Shown: positions 40,662 to 52,855, numbered from the whole stretch's first letter. The stretch: 58,480 nucleotides of DNA, filler included, from Catajapyx aquilonaris (GCA_000934665.2; 4 parts of 4 records of this genome joined end to end with filler, not necessarily neighbours in it), one strand, 5' to 3'. The notes: a model not told the origin generated them from the letters alone. Program-made: numbers and translations.

Positions 40662-41365
40662 TATATACTTGACTCGCTTTGCATGCGCCCCACTTGCGCG
40701 CCTTCGGCGCTAAGTGGTCGGGTCGTGGGCAGGTCCCGATGTGAACACAGCACGTGTTTTTACGCGAAAATTGGCTGGAGTGAGGGCTATTCGGTCACCA
40801 CTGATGTCACTGCTACAGGTGACATATCATCCAAACGGGCGGTTGGGCCAGCGGTTGGGGAGTGGGGGGGGAGTGGAGTCGAGGGATGGGGGGCAGTGGG
40901 TAGCCGAGAGTGTGGGGGGAAGTAGTGAGGCTCCTGATTGGCCGAGCCATATAGCGGCTCTCTCTCCAAAATGGCTGGGAATTTTGCGATTATGAGGATT
41001 TTTGGCATATGTAATTATGGGGCAAGGAATCCAACGGTGTTACTATGAGATCTCTGCGATGCCGGGAAGTGCGAAATCTTTTCCATCCTCCTCCTCCTCC
41101 CCTTATATCCTCCTCCTCCTCCTCCTCCTCGGATAGGGGCTTTATATAGGCCTATACTTGATTTATGCTTGGCCATGGTCATGTTCTAGGTCCTCTGAGT
41201 TAGTGTATCAAACATTCCAGTGCCCATCTGGGCACAACCCTGCAAACCTGAAGAAAAAAAGGTCATTCTTGATGGCTCAAGTGTTCTCATTGCCCAAAAT
41301 TGCAATTGCCCTTAGTCACCCTAATCTTGCTCAGAATCAAGCTTCTTTCTTAACTTAAATCTCAG

Positions 41366-41520
41366 ATCAAGTGATGTGGATGGTGCTCCCAAACAAGAGC
41401 ATGACAAAGAGAAGAAAGTTTTACAAGCAAAGCGTCAGCATTTGAATCGTCTACTGCGTAAACCTATGGCAAAATGTGGTGGTAGCAGTATGCATTCCAC
41501 AGAGGAGCTCTCCATTGAAG
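41366..41520 (+). CDS. DDX24: DDX24 penultimate coding exon (not in the ORF track)
   Basis: U12-type branch TTTCTTAAC at 41346-41354, cag| acceptor; SSDVDGAPKQEHDKEKKVLQAKRQHLNRLLRKPM resembles the LKKELRHLLSQPL segment of DDX24; G|gtaatt donor; phases fit on both sides. Confidence 0.82.
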
Positions 41521-41817
41521 GTAATTAGTCTGTTTCTCTCTGCACCATTTTTATGCCCTTTTACATGATATGCAGAGCAACTAGTTACAGGGTGTCCCAC
41601 TCACTTTGATCAGATATGTCCTAAACCCTGATTTGGTATTTTATTACGTCATTTTGTCTGGTGTCTGAACTGTACAGGGTAAATTCCCACCATCTTGTCT
41701 TCAGTGTACCCTAAAGATGTTACAAAAATTACGTATCGGCTTTGATACATTTTTGCCTGGCTGTCACTTGCACAGATAAGACACTAAAGTACTCCATGAC
41801 CCACTCTTACTTTGCAG

Positions 41818-42008
41818 GTGATGAAACAAGTAAGGATGCACTTGCAGAGTTTAAGACCACCAAAGTACCTCACATACAACTACCGAAGCTGGGAGTGAAC
41901 AAGAGGCAGAAAGCAAGAAAGCTGAAGAAGGAAGCAAAAAACATGAAGAAAAAGGCCAAGAAAGCAGTCAAGAAACGTGGTGGCCAAAAGAAGGGTGGGA
42001 AACGTTAA
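41818..42008 (+). CDS. DDX24: DDX24 last coding exon, Lys-rich tail
   Basis: tttgcag| acceptor in phase 1; DETSKDALAEFK...KKAKKAVKKRGGQKKGGKR*; AATAAA 14 nt after the stop. Confidence 0.85.
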
Positions 42009-42021
42009 GACTTTGAAAAGC

Positions 42022-42027
42022 AATAAA
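42022..42027 (+). promoter_or_regulatory. Putative polyadenylation signal of DDX24
   Basis: AATAAA just downstream of the TAA stop at 42006-42008. Confidence 0.55.
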
Positions 42028-42115
42028 TGTGGAATGATGTGTTTAATTATTTCATTTGCTTCAAAAGTAATGGTGGCTGAGGGGAATCAAGGCATGAGGT
42101 AAAGGCCCATGTATG

Positions 42116-43085
42116 CAGGGTGTTCCAAATTCGCAGGTCACTTTGTGCTAATTAATACAGGGTGGGGCAAAAGTCTTGGGCGGATAAAAACGCCACAGCA
42201 TAGCGTAATTAAAGAACGATTATATATTTTAAAAATCACACTACACAGAGAAAGATATGTCATTTATGGATCAAAGTCCAAAAAAAGTCACTACTTGAAA
42301 ACAACACCGGATAGAGGTCCACCTTTGCGGGCAGCACATTCCTCCAAGCGCCAGACGACCCTTCATAACGCGCTCTAGCATGTCCAGCAGTCCAGGGGGA
42401 TGTTTCTCACGGCGTGTCTTATCTGATCCTTAAGATCAGCCATGTGCAGCATGTGTGGCGAACACCAAACAAATTAAAAGTCAAGTGTTTCCCAGGCAGG
42501 TCATTTCGAGATTTGGGGACATTCCATGGCCGCCATGGTCCCCGGATTTGACCACACCCAACTTCTTGTGGGGGGGTATCTGAAGAGTTTGGTGTTCGCC
42601 ACACATCCTCAGTCATTGGCTGATCTTAGGATCAGATAAGACATGCTGTGAGAAACATTCCCCTGGACATGCTGGAGTGCGTTATGAAGGGTTTTGTCTG
42701 GCGCTTGGAGGAATGTGTTGCCTGCGAAGGTGGACATCTATCCGGTGTTGTTTTCATGAAGTGACTTTTTTGGACCTTGATCCATAAATGCCAGATCTTT
42801 CTCTGTGTAGTGTGATTTTTAAAATATATAATCATTCTTTACTTATGCCATGCTGTGTCGTTTTTATCCGCCCATGACTTTTGCCCCACCCTGTATCTCC
42901 CGGAAGATGTTGTTATTTTGTAGCTTGTGCCCCGAACCGTGTGCCCCATTCTATAACTCTTGGTCGAATATAGCAGGAGTTATAGAATGGGGCACATGGT
43001 TCGGGGCACAACAAGCTACAAAATAATAACTCCTTCCAGGAGATATTAGTTAGCACAAAGTGACCCGCAAATTTGGAACACCCTG
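42116..43085. mobile_element. Fully palindromic CAGGGTG MITE (~230 bp) interrupted by a second element
   Basis: CAGGGTGTTCCAAATT...AATTTGGAACACCCTG; diverged relative at ~50951-51165. Confidence 0.88.
42158..42893. mobile_element. Foldback derivative of a DD41D (rosa/Visitor)-type Tc1/mariner element
   Basis: TA|CAGGGTGGGGCAAAAGTC TIRs, ~280-bp arms; frameshifted ISRFGDIPWPPWSPDLT..FLWGYLKSLVF...RLEECVACEGGHL at ~42490-42763. Confidence 0.87.
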
Positions 43086-43874
43086 CATGCTAGCTACTCT
43101 GGGTTAGTGCAATACATTCCATTCCGCATATGCTGTCATTTCAGTGAAGTGATTACAAACTGGCCCTGGATATGCACACAAGACACACTGCAAGCTGGAA
43201 CAGCTCCACCCCTCAACATCAATCCACCAGTCCCCAACCCAGTTTCTCAACCACCACATTCCACCCTCCAACCTTCAGCAGGCAGAAACTGTTTTGCATG
43301 GCTTCCATATAATTTATGAGCTCATCTGTGCTCGACCTCCCAACTCATCAATTGACGGAATAATATTATAGGCAATCTCCAACTTACAGTACATAGCTTC
43401 AACTTATGTAGATCCGGACTTATGCAAAATATTTCATAACGTGCAAAGATTTTTTGGAAGATATGGAACAAAGTGGTATAGCCGAGATATTCCAAAACAA
43501 CAGTTCTGCCAAGTGTGTAGGGTCTCAGGTTTCTTGCCCTGATGCCAATCAATACAGTACAGGTTGGCAAAGCCATTGTGACATTATTTGGACTGTGGCT
43601 TACAAGATGGGCAGTAATGGTGCAGTCATCCTAAGACCACACATATACACCAATGCAGTTCAAACAGAAAGTCTTCACGTTGTCCTTTAAAAAGATCAGA
43701 GAGTACTCTGAAGAATGAGTATGTGTATAGCACAGTGAATGAAAAGACTCAAGTTCAAAAAGTTTATCACACTTCTGTTAAGGGGACGTCCACATATTAC
43801 GTAACGGTATTTTTGGCCATTTTTGACCCCCTCCCCCCCCTTTGTAACGGGACCGTAACGATCTCCTGACCCCC

Positions 43875-43974
43875 NNNNNNNNNNNNNNNNNNNNNNNNNN
43901 NNNNNNNNNNNNNNNNNNTTAATTAATTAANNNNNNNNNNNNNNNNNNNNNNNNNNNNNNNNNNNNNNNNNNNN
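43875..43974. other. Artificial assembly linker
   Basis: Same 100-bp N44-TTAATTAATTAA-N44. Confidence 0.97.
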
Positions 43975-44276
43975 GTTAATCTATTACGGCAAGTACCTAG
44001 CCGCGGTGGACTCCTAAACACCTCAACACAGCTTCCGATTGTCTGTACGTAACGCGTGGAATTGCCCAAAAATAAATCACAACTTTTTAACATGGGGAAT
44101 TTAATTCCCAATTCGCTCTGCTTATTATTATTGAAGTATCAATTTATATGAGTCATGTTTTTAAGCCTATTGCCAATTAACTTGGGTCTCTTTGGTTGCT
44201 GTCCCCGTTGTGGAGAAATATCCTGCTGTTAATTGTTGCTGTTGTGTTCAGAGAAAAAAAGTGGTGTCCAGGTTAA

Positions 44277-44936
44277 CCCTGCGACAATGATGTGCAAAAA
44301 GTTCGTCTTCTGGTGGACATGGGCACTTTTTGTGACCAAGTCACGTTTTTTAAATAACATAGATGTAATATGATATACTGTATTTGGGCGTCACTATTGA
44401 GACATCTTGGTTTGATTCCTTCTGCGATAAATTGCATTTAGTTTACACTATTTGAGCAAATAGTATGCTCAGAAAAAAATTAATTGTACGCCGATGCGCA
44501 GTTGAAGCCAAATTGTGCCCACGTCACCAAAGCCGGACCAGTTGCCTTTAGAGAGCCTCCTATCAGATCGAGTCAGAGATTGTTTGCCTAACTTTTGACT
44601 TCATGGGAAGGCTGGCTTCATTTTACAATAACTTTAGATTCCTGCCTGTTCATGAATCACTATCGATAAGGTCAGGTCCCCCTCCAGTAAGCAGGATGTT
44701 AGTTATTCTTGGAATGCAGTCTTGACCCCAACCATGGCCCCAACTATATGCATCAGTGGATAATTTTTTTCCTGATTATGCTATTTACTCAAAAAATTTT
44801 AACAAAATGCCTTTAATCACAGAAGGAATCAAACTAAGATGTCCTCAAAGGTGAAGCTCAAATGGGCCATATTTTCAAAGTTATAGTGAAAAAAGTGGCA
44901 TTGGTCACAAAAAGTGCCAACTTCACCATCTGAGGG
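44277..44936. mobile_element. piggyBac-type MITE with long diverged arms
   Basis: TTAA|CCCT...AGGG|TTAA; internal inverted homology (GCACTTTTTGTGACCAA / TTGGTCACAAAAAGTGC). Confidence 0.8.
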
Positions 44937-45098
44937 TTAAGGAAAATTTAAAAATAAAAAAAGAGGGAGAAATGACAATTCCAATGAAATATGTGGATTA
45001 GATGTGCCATTAGATAAAATGAGTAACCCAAGATGAGAGAGAGATGTGAATCCACTCTTAACTCAACTGGTCTCACTGTCAGTTCCATTTGTAACTAA

Positions 45099-46020
45099 TA
45101 GTCCGGGCCCTAAGCGCAAAATTCAGGCCTAACCTTGCACTTTGTGATAAGAAGGTGCCACTTGGCACATATGTTCCTTAGGCCTATAGGAGCAATTCCA
45201 GAGTTGCAGGCAACTGATCGGCCCCTTAGGTCACGAGTTATGCGGTGTTGCCAACATGGCCTGGGATGACCTGAGCGTTTTTGACGTTGCATTTTGTGAT
45301 AAGAAGGTACCGCTTGGCACATAATTATGTTCCCTAGGTCTGTAGGAGTCGTTTGAGAGATGGCGGCACTTGATCGGCTCCTTAGGTCAGGAGTTATGCG
45401 GTGTTGCCAACCTGATCAGGGAACTAAGCGTTTTAACTCGGCACTTTGTGATGAGAAGGTGCCACTTGGCAGACATGTTCCCTAGGTGTATAGGATCCAT
45501 TTGGGAGATGGTGGCACTTGATCCGCTCCTTAAGTCAGGAGTTATGCGGTGTTGCCAACCTGGTCCGGAACCTAAGCATAACCGCATAACTCGTGACCTA
45601 AGGGGCAGATCAGGTGCCGCCAACTCTCAAATGGAACCTCTAGGCTTGGGGAACATGCTTGCCAAAATCCCAAAATGCAAAGTTAAAAATGGTTCAAAAC
45701 GCTTAGGTCCAGGACCAGGTTGGCAACACCGCATAACTCCTGACCTAAGGAGCCGATCAAGTGCCGCCATCTCTCAAACGACTCCTACAGACCTAGGGAA
45801 CATAATTATGTGCCAAGCGGTACCTTCTTATCACAAAATGCAACGTCAAAAACGCTCAGGTCATCCCAGGCCATGTTGGCAACACCGCATAACTCGTGAC
45901 CTAAGGGCCGATCAGTTGCCTGCAACTCTGGAATTGCTCCTATAGGCCTAAGGCACATTTGTGCCAAGTGGCACCTTCTTATCACAAAGTGCAAGGTTAA
46001 GACGCTTAGGCCCCCGACTA
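45099..46020. mobile_element. Palindromic element built from ~155-bp tandem units (Academ-like termini)
   Basis: TAA|TAGTCCGGGCCCTAAGCG...CGCTTAGGCCCCCGACTA|TAA; unit containing GAGTTATGCGGTGTTGCCAAC occurs 3x forward and 2-3x reversed. Confidence 0.82.
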
Positions 46021-46092
46021 TAACAGTAATAGAGCCTTGCAACCGCTTGCAACATAAATTGCCCTTATCAGTCTGGACGCAATACACTAGAG

Positions 46093-46286
46093 CAGCATTT
46101 CTCAAACTCTTCACCATTGCGGAACCCATAAAATAATATTGATGCCTCAGGGAACCCCTACATAAGAATTCTTGTTATATATCAAGTAATAACTAAAAAA
46201 ACATTTACATATGAATAGCCTATTCATCACTATTTCTCATGGAACCCCCTGGCAATTGCTTGCGGAATTCCTGTTGAGAAACCCTG
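46093..46286. mobile_element. hAT (Buster/Charlie-type) MITE with a perfect 8-bp TSD
   Basis: CACTAGAG|CAGCATTTCTCAA...TTGAGAAACCCTG|CACTAGAG. Confidence 0.92.
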
Positions 46287-47437
46287 CACTAGAGCATATG
46301 CGAAATAAAATGGATTTGGTATCCACCTGAAGCATTCCAAATAATCCTGCTTTACTTTGGTCCTTGCAGGTGTTCTGGTTGGTAGTTGTGGAGATTTCGC
46401 CATTAGAATCCGACCAGCTTTGATATTTGAACCACATCATGCAGATATATTTTTGTCAGCATTTAGGCGGGTCCTTCAAGCTTCCAAATGATGGATATCA
46501 CTTGGCACTAGAGTCAGTCTGGAACACCGAAGTGGTAATGCAGGAATTTAGGTACGAAAAAAAGTACAGAAAAGTACATATTCTGATAAATTTCCAGTGT
46601 AAAACGAAAGTGATAACTCAGATTATTTACTGTGCATAGATCATATCATATCAGCACCAATGACTGTAGTCCCATCCAACTTCTACTGATCAGAAATATG
46701 GTGAATTTGAGCTCTTATAGGCTAATAATAATCATTTGTTTTGCTGATCTTGTAGTGGTGTTGGTGTGACATGAAAATATTGTAAGTTAATTTGGACCAA
46801 TCATTTGAATCCATGTCTTCCAAATAATATCAATGAATGAAATGATAGTTACTGAGCTGAACTATATTTTAGGAGGTTGTCCCAGTTTGCTAGTAGTAGG
46901 GACATTAAGCGACATTGCATAGAAAGTTTAATTCTATATACACAGCATCATGTTCTGCCATATGCAGTATATTTTATAAGGTGCTAGTTGGCAGCTCTTT
47001 CTCTCACATGTCACATGTATAGAAAGAAGTGGGAATTATGCCAGCCTCTCTGATTTACCAAGTGTATTTTCAATGTCATGATTTATATGTATTTACTATT
47101 TTCATAGGTTTGTTCTTTAGGGATTTTCACTTGTGAAATGACTGACCAATCATCATGCAACATCAGCATCATATCTATACACAATTGGTCACTCACTCCA
47201 CCCTAGTTATTTGCTGCATAAGAACTGACAAATTATTTCTGGGAAGCCATAATCGTGAGCTGTAGAATAGGGAGAGAAGTTGGTAAATGGTGCAAGTGCG
47301 CTACTAAATACAGACTCCACACTCTGAAGGAAGCTGTCAGGCAGGTACTGCATCGATAAGAGAATTCAACAATAAGACTATATTAAAATGAATTTATATC
47401 CCAAATTGGAGGTATTCAGGGAAAATCTAGCCTTTAA

Positions 47438-48784
47438 CCCCTTCGCCCGCAGCTATACCGCTATCGCCTAGATTTTTGTTTCTGTTAAACTTACATGTAC
47501 ACTGAAGATAAAAAAATAAGATATTTTACCAATAATAACAGCTATACTTACATGTTCATGGAAAACAACGTATATGTCTTGGAAACAGTTTTCCTTGTCT
47601 AGAAGTCCCTAAATTGATTTCCAAAAAGATAGCTGTAAATTCCATCACCTAGAGTTTGGCTTGCACTTACTCTGAAGATAAGGACAAGATATTTCATGAA
47701 TAATAACAGATACACTTACACATTCATGCTCTACACTATGAATGTGTGTGAAACCATTTTCACTCGTCTATAATTTTCAAAAGTAATAACTTGAAATTCA
47801 AGTAACACTGGCAAACCGTTAGGCCATCGCCTAGATTTTCACTTACACGTACTCTGAAGATACGGAGAAGATATTTTACAAAATAATAACAGCTATATTA
47901 CATGTTCATTTAAAATACTATGAATGTGTTTGGAACTATTTTCCTCCTCTAGAAGTTCCTAAATTAATTTCCAAAAAGATTGCTGTAAAAAAAAACTCGA
48001 AATTTGACAACTGCCGGCCAATTGTTAGGCTGATTTAATTATGAAATACGTTAAAATATATGGAATATTAACTTTGAGAACTGTGCCACACGAAGTTGCT
48101 GAAATCGTCGTACTTCGCGAGATATAAATTAATTTGGGAGGTTTCTGAAGTAACAGGAAAGCCGCAGATAAGAAATACAGTAGAGCATCGATTATCCGAA
48201 ACAATTGGGGACTGGGGGTGTTTGGATAACTGATTTTTCGGATAACTGATCATTTACGAGAAAAATTGTACCGGTGTCATAGGAGCAATATGAAACAAAG
48301 AAACAGTGATATTAAACACAAAACTGTATATTTTGTATCACACGTCTTAAAAATACATACCTGCAGCGTCACAGCACTAGCAGCAGCTAGCGGAACGACA
48401 TGGCATGCAAAGAATTTGACAACTCGAACGGTTTCGGTTGATCGGTATTCGGATAATAATCGATGCTCTACAGTAATTTCTCGCAAAGTAAGACTATTTC
48501 AGCAAATTCGTCTGGCACTATTCTCAAGGGTGTTATTCAGTATGTTTTAACGTATTTCATAATTAAATCAGCCAAGTAGTTGGCCGGAAGTACTCGAATG
48601 TCGAGTTTTACAGCGATATTTTTGGAAATTAATTTAGGGACTTCTAGACGAGGAAAATTGTTCCAAACACATTCATAGTATTTTCCATGTACTGTTATTT
48701 TGCTGTAACATATCTTGTCTGTATTTTTAGAGTACTTGTAAGTAAAAAACGAGAAGATGGCGGGTATAGCTGGGGGCGAAAGGG
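47438..48784. mobile_element. piggyBac-type non-autonomous element with ~190-bp subterminal repeats and a nested MITE (48178-48473)
   Basis: TTAA|CCCCTTCGCCCGCAGCTATACC...GGTATAGCTGGGGGCGAAAGGG|TTAA; three direct units on the left, one inverted unit on the right. Confidence 0.87.
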
Positions 48785-50534
48785 TTAATAGTAATTAACC
48801 TGCATTTTAAGTGGTGGGTAGCTGATATGTCATGCTGTGTGAGAGAAGTAAAGCCTATGTTCCTACTACCACCATGGTCAAGTTGAGTACAGGAATTTGA
48901 GATGTTGAAATAAAGGTAAGGTAAGTAGGAGGGACATTGTCACAGCCTACCAACACTGGCAATATAAATAATTTATAGCATTTCTAACTGGAAAGGGCAA
49001 GGGAAATAAAACTCATTGGAAGTTAATCAGGGGGTAATTACCTGCACTCCTGACAGTAACTCTCATTATGTTGAGTCTGCTTAATAGCCTCCTTACCTGA
49101 GTAAAACATGCTGTTGAGCATTTGCCATAAATTATGTGGCAAGCTTTGAGTGGTGATAAGGGTGTTAAATTATTATGAGAAAGGGAAAAGGCAAGTCATC
49201 AGAAACACGCAGTATCTTACATGATTGATGGATTTATGGATTTCCTTACATTGGTATCATTATGGTTCAGGTATTATTTAGTGATAATGTATATAATTTT
49301 GTATAATTAGGATACTTGGATTATATCTTAGTTGATGATACTGCAACATATTTACATAGTTTAATCTGTAAAACTGTTATAATTGAGAATTTAAATGAGA
49401 CATGAGTGTCTCCAGTCTAACTAAATGAAAGTGTGGATTGATGATGGAAATATGGTGCAATAGACTCAAATGATCATTAGCAATTTATAAGAGCTCTGTC
49501 TACTCCCAAGATTGCAGTGGAAGTTGAGGCAGAAGTTCCATGAGAACCAATAATAAAAGGGAAAACTCAACACTGCAATCTTGGATGAGACAGCCTGTAG
49601 CTATTCTCTATTACACCATTTAGAGTAGCTAATATTATTATACTTTATAGGCTGAGCTCCCAGGAGTAGGATGTGATCTTATTAGTGGGATTATTCAAGC
49701 ATGTCACTGTGAGCACTAGAAAAAATGCAAGTCCAAATGCCCTTATATGATCAATTTTATTTATTGGAAGGCTTCCAGTAATGCAATGGGATAATCACAC
49801 CTAAGCTCATTCATTATGCCCATATGAACATGGGATTTGAATTAGTCTTGCCATAAAGCATGCAGTACAATTGTGACCATGTTTGTTGGTTTGTTTTCTA
49901 ACTTGGACTTTTAAGAATCCCAAGGTTTGTAATATTACTAGGTCAAGGAGGGCACAGGTGATGGAGATGGGTAGGAAGTGGCATCTTCTAATGGCATAGC
50001 TTCTTCTGACCTGATAGGGCATATTTACAGGGTGGACGGAAAATTTCAGGCCCCCCCAGGTTTTTGAACTGTACATTTCACAGCGTCTGTTCACATCTTT
50101 TAAAAGTCCGCAAGCAGTTCTAATGTACACTATATCATTTGAAGCATAATCTTGACAATATGTGAGCACCTTCGCTTCTGCAATTACATTAATAACTTTG
50201 CTTCTGTGACTCATCCGCACATCCTATCTGTTTTGCACTTATTTTGCCTGTTGTGTTGGAGGAATTTGGTCATATTCTGTGGCAGGTAAGGTTTTCATAA
50301 CCCTTTTCCATGAGTTCCCCTCCATTAAAATGTGGTGAATTCATTCCTGACCTTATTTTTCGCATTGGTCCATTAAAAATATGAAAAAAAATGCATTAAA
50401 TTGCGGTCCTGGATGCATTAATTTCCAATCCTCACATTGGTACTCACCATAAACTTTCCATTCACCCTGTATTTGCTAGTCAATAGCAACTGATAGCCCC
50501 AAAAATGTCCCAGACATGTTTCAGAATTATTGAG

Positions 50535-50946
50535 AGTGAAGGGAAACTCGCGCCCAATCGCCAGGTAGACTGATAGTACTCGCAAATCTAATATAGGGAT
50601 GTACAATTAGTTTTGGGCACAGGTGCGTAGTTAATGAGTACGGCGCCTTTAAAGTGTAGAGGCCAGGCGGTAAAATATTAGGTAAAAAACGACATGGGTG
50701 TCACATCCGGATTCTTACTCTTGACGGGATTCGATCGCCTATTGCACATTCTGGATTATTCGGAGGCCCTCGAGCTAGCTTTTGCTTCTTTGAAACTGGC
50801 GGAGCAGATGTGACGTCACGAAACTTTGAAGATGCCGTACGAATGAACTGCGCTACAGCGCCCAAAACTAATTGCACATCCCTATATTAGTTTTGCGAGT
50901 ACTATCAGTCTACCTGTTGATTGGGCGCAAGTTTCCCTTCACCCTG
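50535..50946. mobile_element. Tc1/mariner-type palindromic MITE abutting another MITE at a TATA site
   Basis: GTGAAGGGAAACTCGCGCCCAATC...GATTGGGCGCAAGTTTCCCTTCACCCTG|TATA|CAGGGTG. Confidence 0.82.
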
Positions 50947-51402
50947 TATACAGGGTGTTCCAAGTTCGTGGGTTGTCTTTAGTTATCACTAATATTGACT
51001 GAAGTAGTTATTTTTGGGTTGCTTGTTGTGGCCCCAGGTGCCCCATTACACCCAGGTCGTCGAATATTGCAGTTTCTATGGAATAGGGCACTTGGATTGG
51101 GTGCAACAAGCTACAAAAAAAAATAACAGCTTTGAGTGAAATTTCACATAACTAAAAGGACTAATATACTTCACTATATATTTTGACATCGTTACATCTG
51201 CTGTTTCATCATGATCTCTATACATAGGTACAGTCCTGACATAGGTACAGTTGGAGATGCTGCGGGCCTTCTCTGACCTTCCTTTATCCGACTCAAATTA
51301 ATGGACTCTTTTTGGACTCTGTTAGCTGCTTTAGGGGTGTCCTTGTGTATTTATAACTATATTTGAGTTCCCATTGTATGCAGGATAACAGTACTGTGTG
51401 TA

Positions 51403-51791
51403 CAGTACCGCTCATAAAGAATGGTATGACTCTATGGACAAAATGTTTATTCTGTTCCCAACCCCTGGGTCACCAGCATGTTTTTAGGGGTCATGAGGAA
51501 GGCTGGGAAAAGGCAATTAAAATCCAGAAAAAAAGAGAAGACAAAAAAACAAGACAAAGTAAGAAAATTTAAGGTGGGAAATTCATCTCTAATCTATGTA
51601 AGCATTGTACCAGGTTGAACATTTTGGTAATAATAAATTTCTGAAAAAGTCGGGAGGGGGTCATATGGGTCGCCAGAGATCTAGGACAAGTTGTTCATAG
51701 TGGCGCGACGAAATCAGGTTGGGAATAATGCTGGATAGTCAGAATACACACGTCGTCCATAGAGTCGTACCATTCTTTATGAGCGGGACTG
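51403..51791. mobile_element. Tc1-like MITE containing a hAT-like insert (~51450-51730)
   Basis: TA|CAGTACCGCTCATAAAGAATGGTA...TACCATTCTTTATGAGCGGGACTG|TA; inner TTCCCAACC...GGTTGGGAA. Confidence 0.8.
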
Positions 51792-52855
51792 TACCAGTAT
51801 ATTGCTTTGCAATTGGTTGGGATCAGTTAATTTGTAAAATATTATGCCCAAATGGTCCTTACTTTTGAACATGCTTATATAACAGGAAAGTCTTCCCTCT
51901 CCTCGATTATTTGCCACCTCTTACTCATCTCAACTAACATGAATAATCTAGATCAAAGGAGATAGTAAGGAAATCATATAGCAAAGGTCTTCTAGTATCA
52001 TGTGTTGCCACCTGTTGTACCTTATCCTATGAAAAGTTGATTGTAATGCTTGCTTATTCTATCATAATATTACTTTCAATCATTTTTCTCGGACACCAGA
52101 ATTTATGACATGCTTATCACTGCTTCAGGCTTCCAATATTATGTGATAATAATATTTTCCAGTATGGATATATGATAATGATATAATTACAATGTGTTCA
52201 TAGTTTATTTCCTGCCATTTGGCAAACAATGTGTATGTATATCCGGAGCATTCCTGAATTATGTGTTTGTTTCACTTGGGAGCTCCTGCAGTGATCCTGC
52301 TATGAAAAGATATTACCCCCTTCATGCTCAGTCACCTACTTACATAGGTTGATAATTTATTATTGATAATTATGTATTAAGACTGGATTTTTTGGCATGG
52401 CAGGGAAGAACTCGAGGAACCCAATCATAATCTAAGAAACACTGCCCAACTGGCAGCTCCTCTTTCTGGCCACTCTGTCAGCAGAGTATAGGTAGCCTGC
52501 TATCCACACATGGTAGGAGGAATGCCACTCGAACTATGTAGTTAATCCCTGTTAATTGCACTATTTTACAAACCAGTCCAGTTTTGTTGATTACTGGGTG
52601 GGATATTTTGATGAGGTTTTTTGATGAGGTGAACCTCAGCAATCTTTTTAGCAGGATTTTGTTTCATCAAAAGATATAAGATGTTGTAATTGACATAAGT
52701 TTTTGAATTCCTTTTTGCTACTATTTGTAGTCTGAAAATTGTGGATTTATTTCAAATCATAGCTTGATGAAAGGCCTAACAGAAACCATGCTTAACCATT
52801 TACTTTTATGATGCAAAAATCATTTATGGACACTGAGGCTGAAGATGAATGATGA

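Larger units (their letters stand above)
36259..41365 (+). other. U12-type (minor spliceosome) GT-AG intron of DDX24, 5107 nt
   Basis: 5' site GTATCCTTTG matches the U12 consensus RTATCCTTT; branch TTTCTTAAC (one mismatch to TTCCTTAAC) lies 11 nt before the exon, with no long pyrimidine tract between. Confidence 0.88.

Noticed and set aside
45370..45945. Longest ORF in the track (191 aa) and CRISPR-like periodicity
   Set aside because: Lies in a palindromic tandem-unit element; whole ~155-bp units are homologous, so there are no unique spacers, and there are no cas genes in this eukaryotic DNA.
46330..46530. Possible second mariner remnant on the minus strand (LVPSDIH..FGSLKD)
   Set aside because: Needs frameshifts and is too short to call confidently.
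52762..52792. CTTGATGA...GAAAC, a Penelope-type hammerhead candidate
   Set aside because: Core has an extra base and stem II does not pair.
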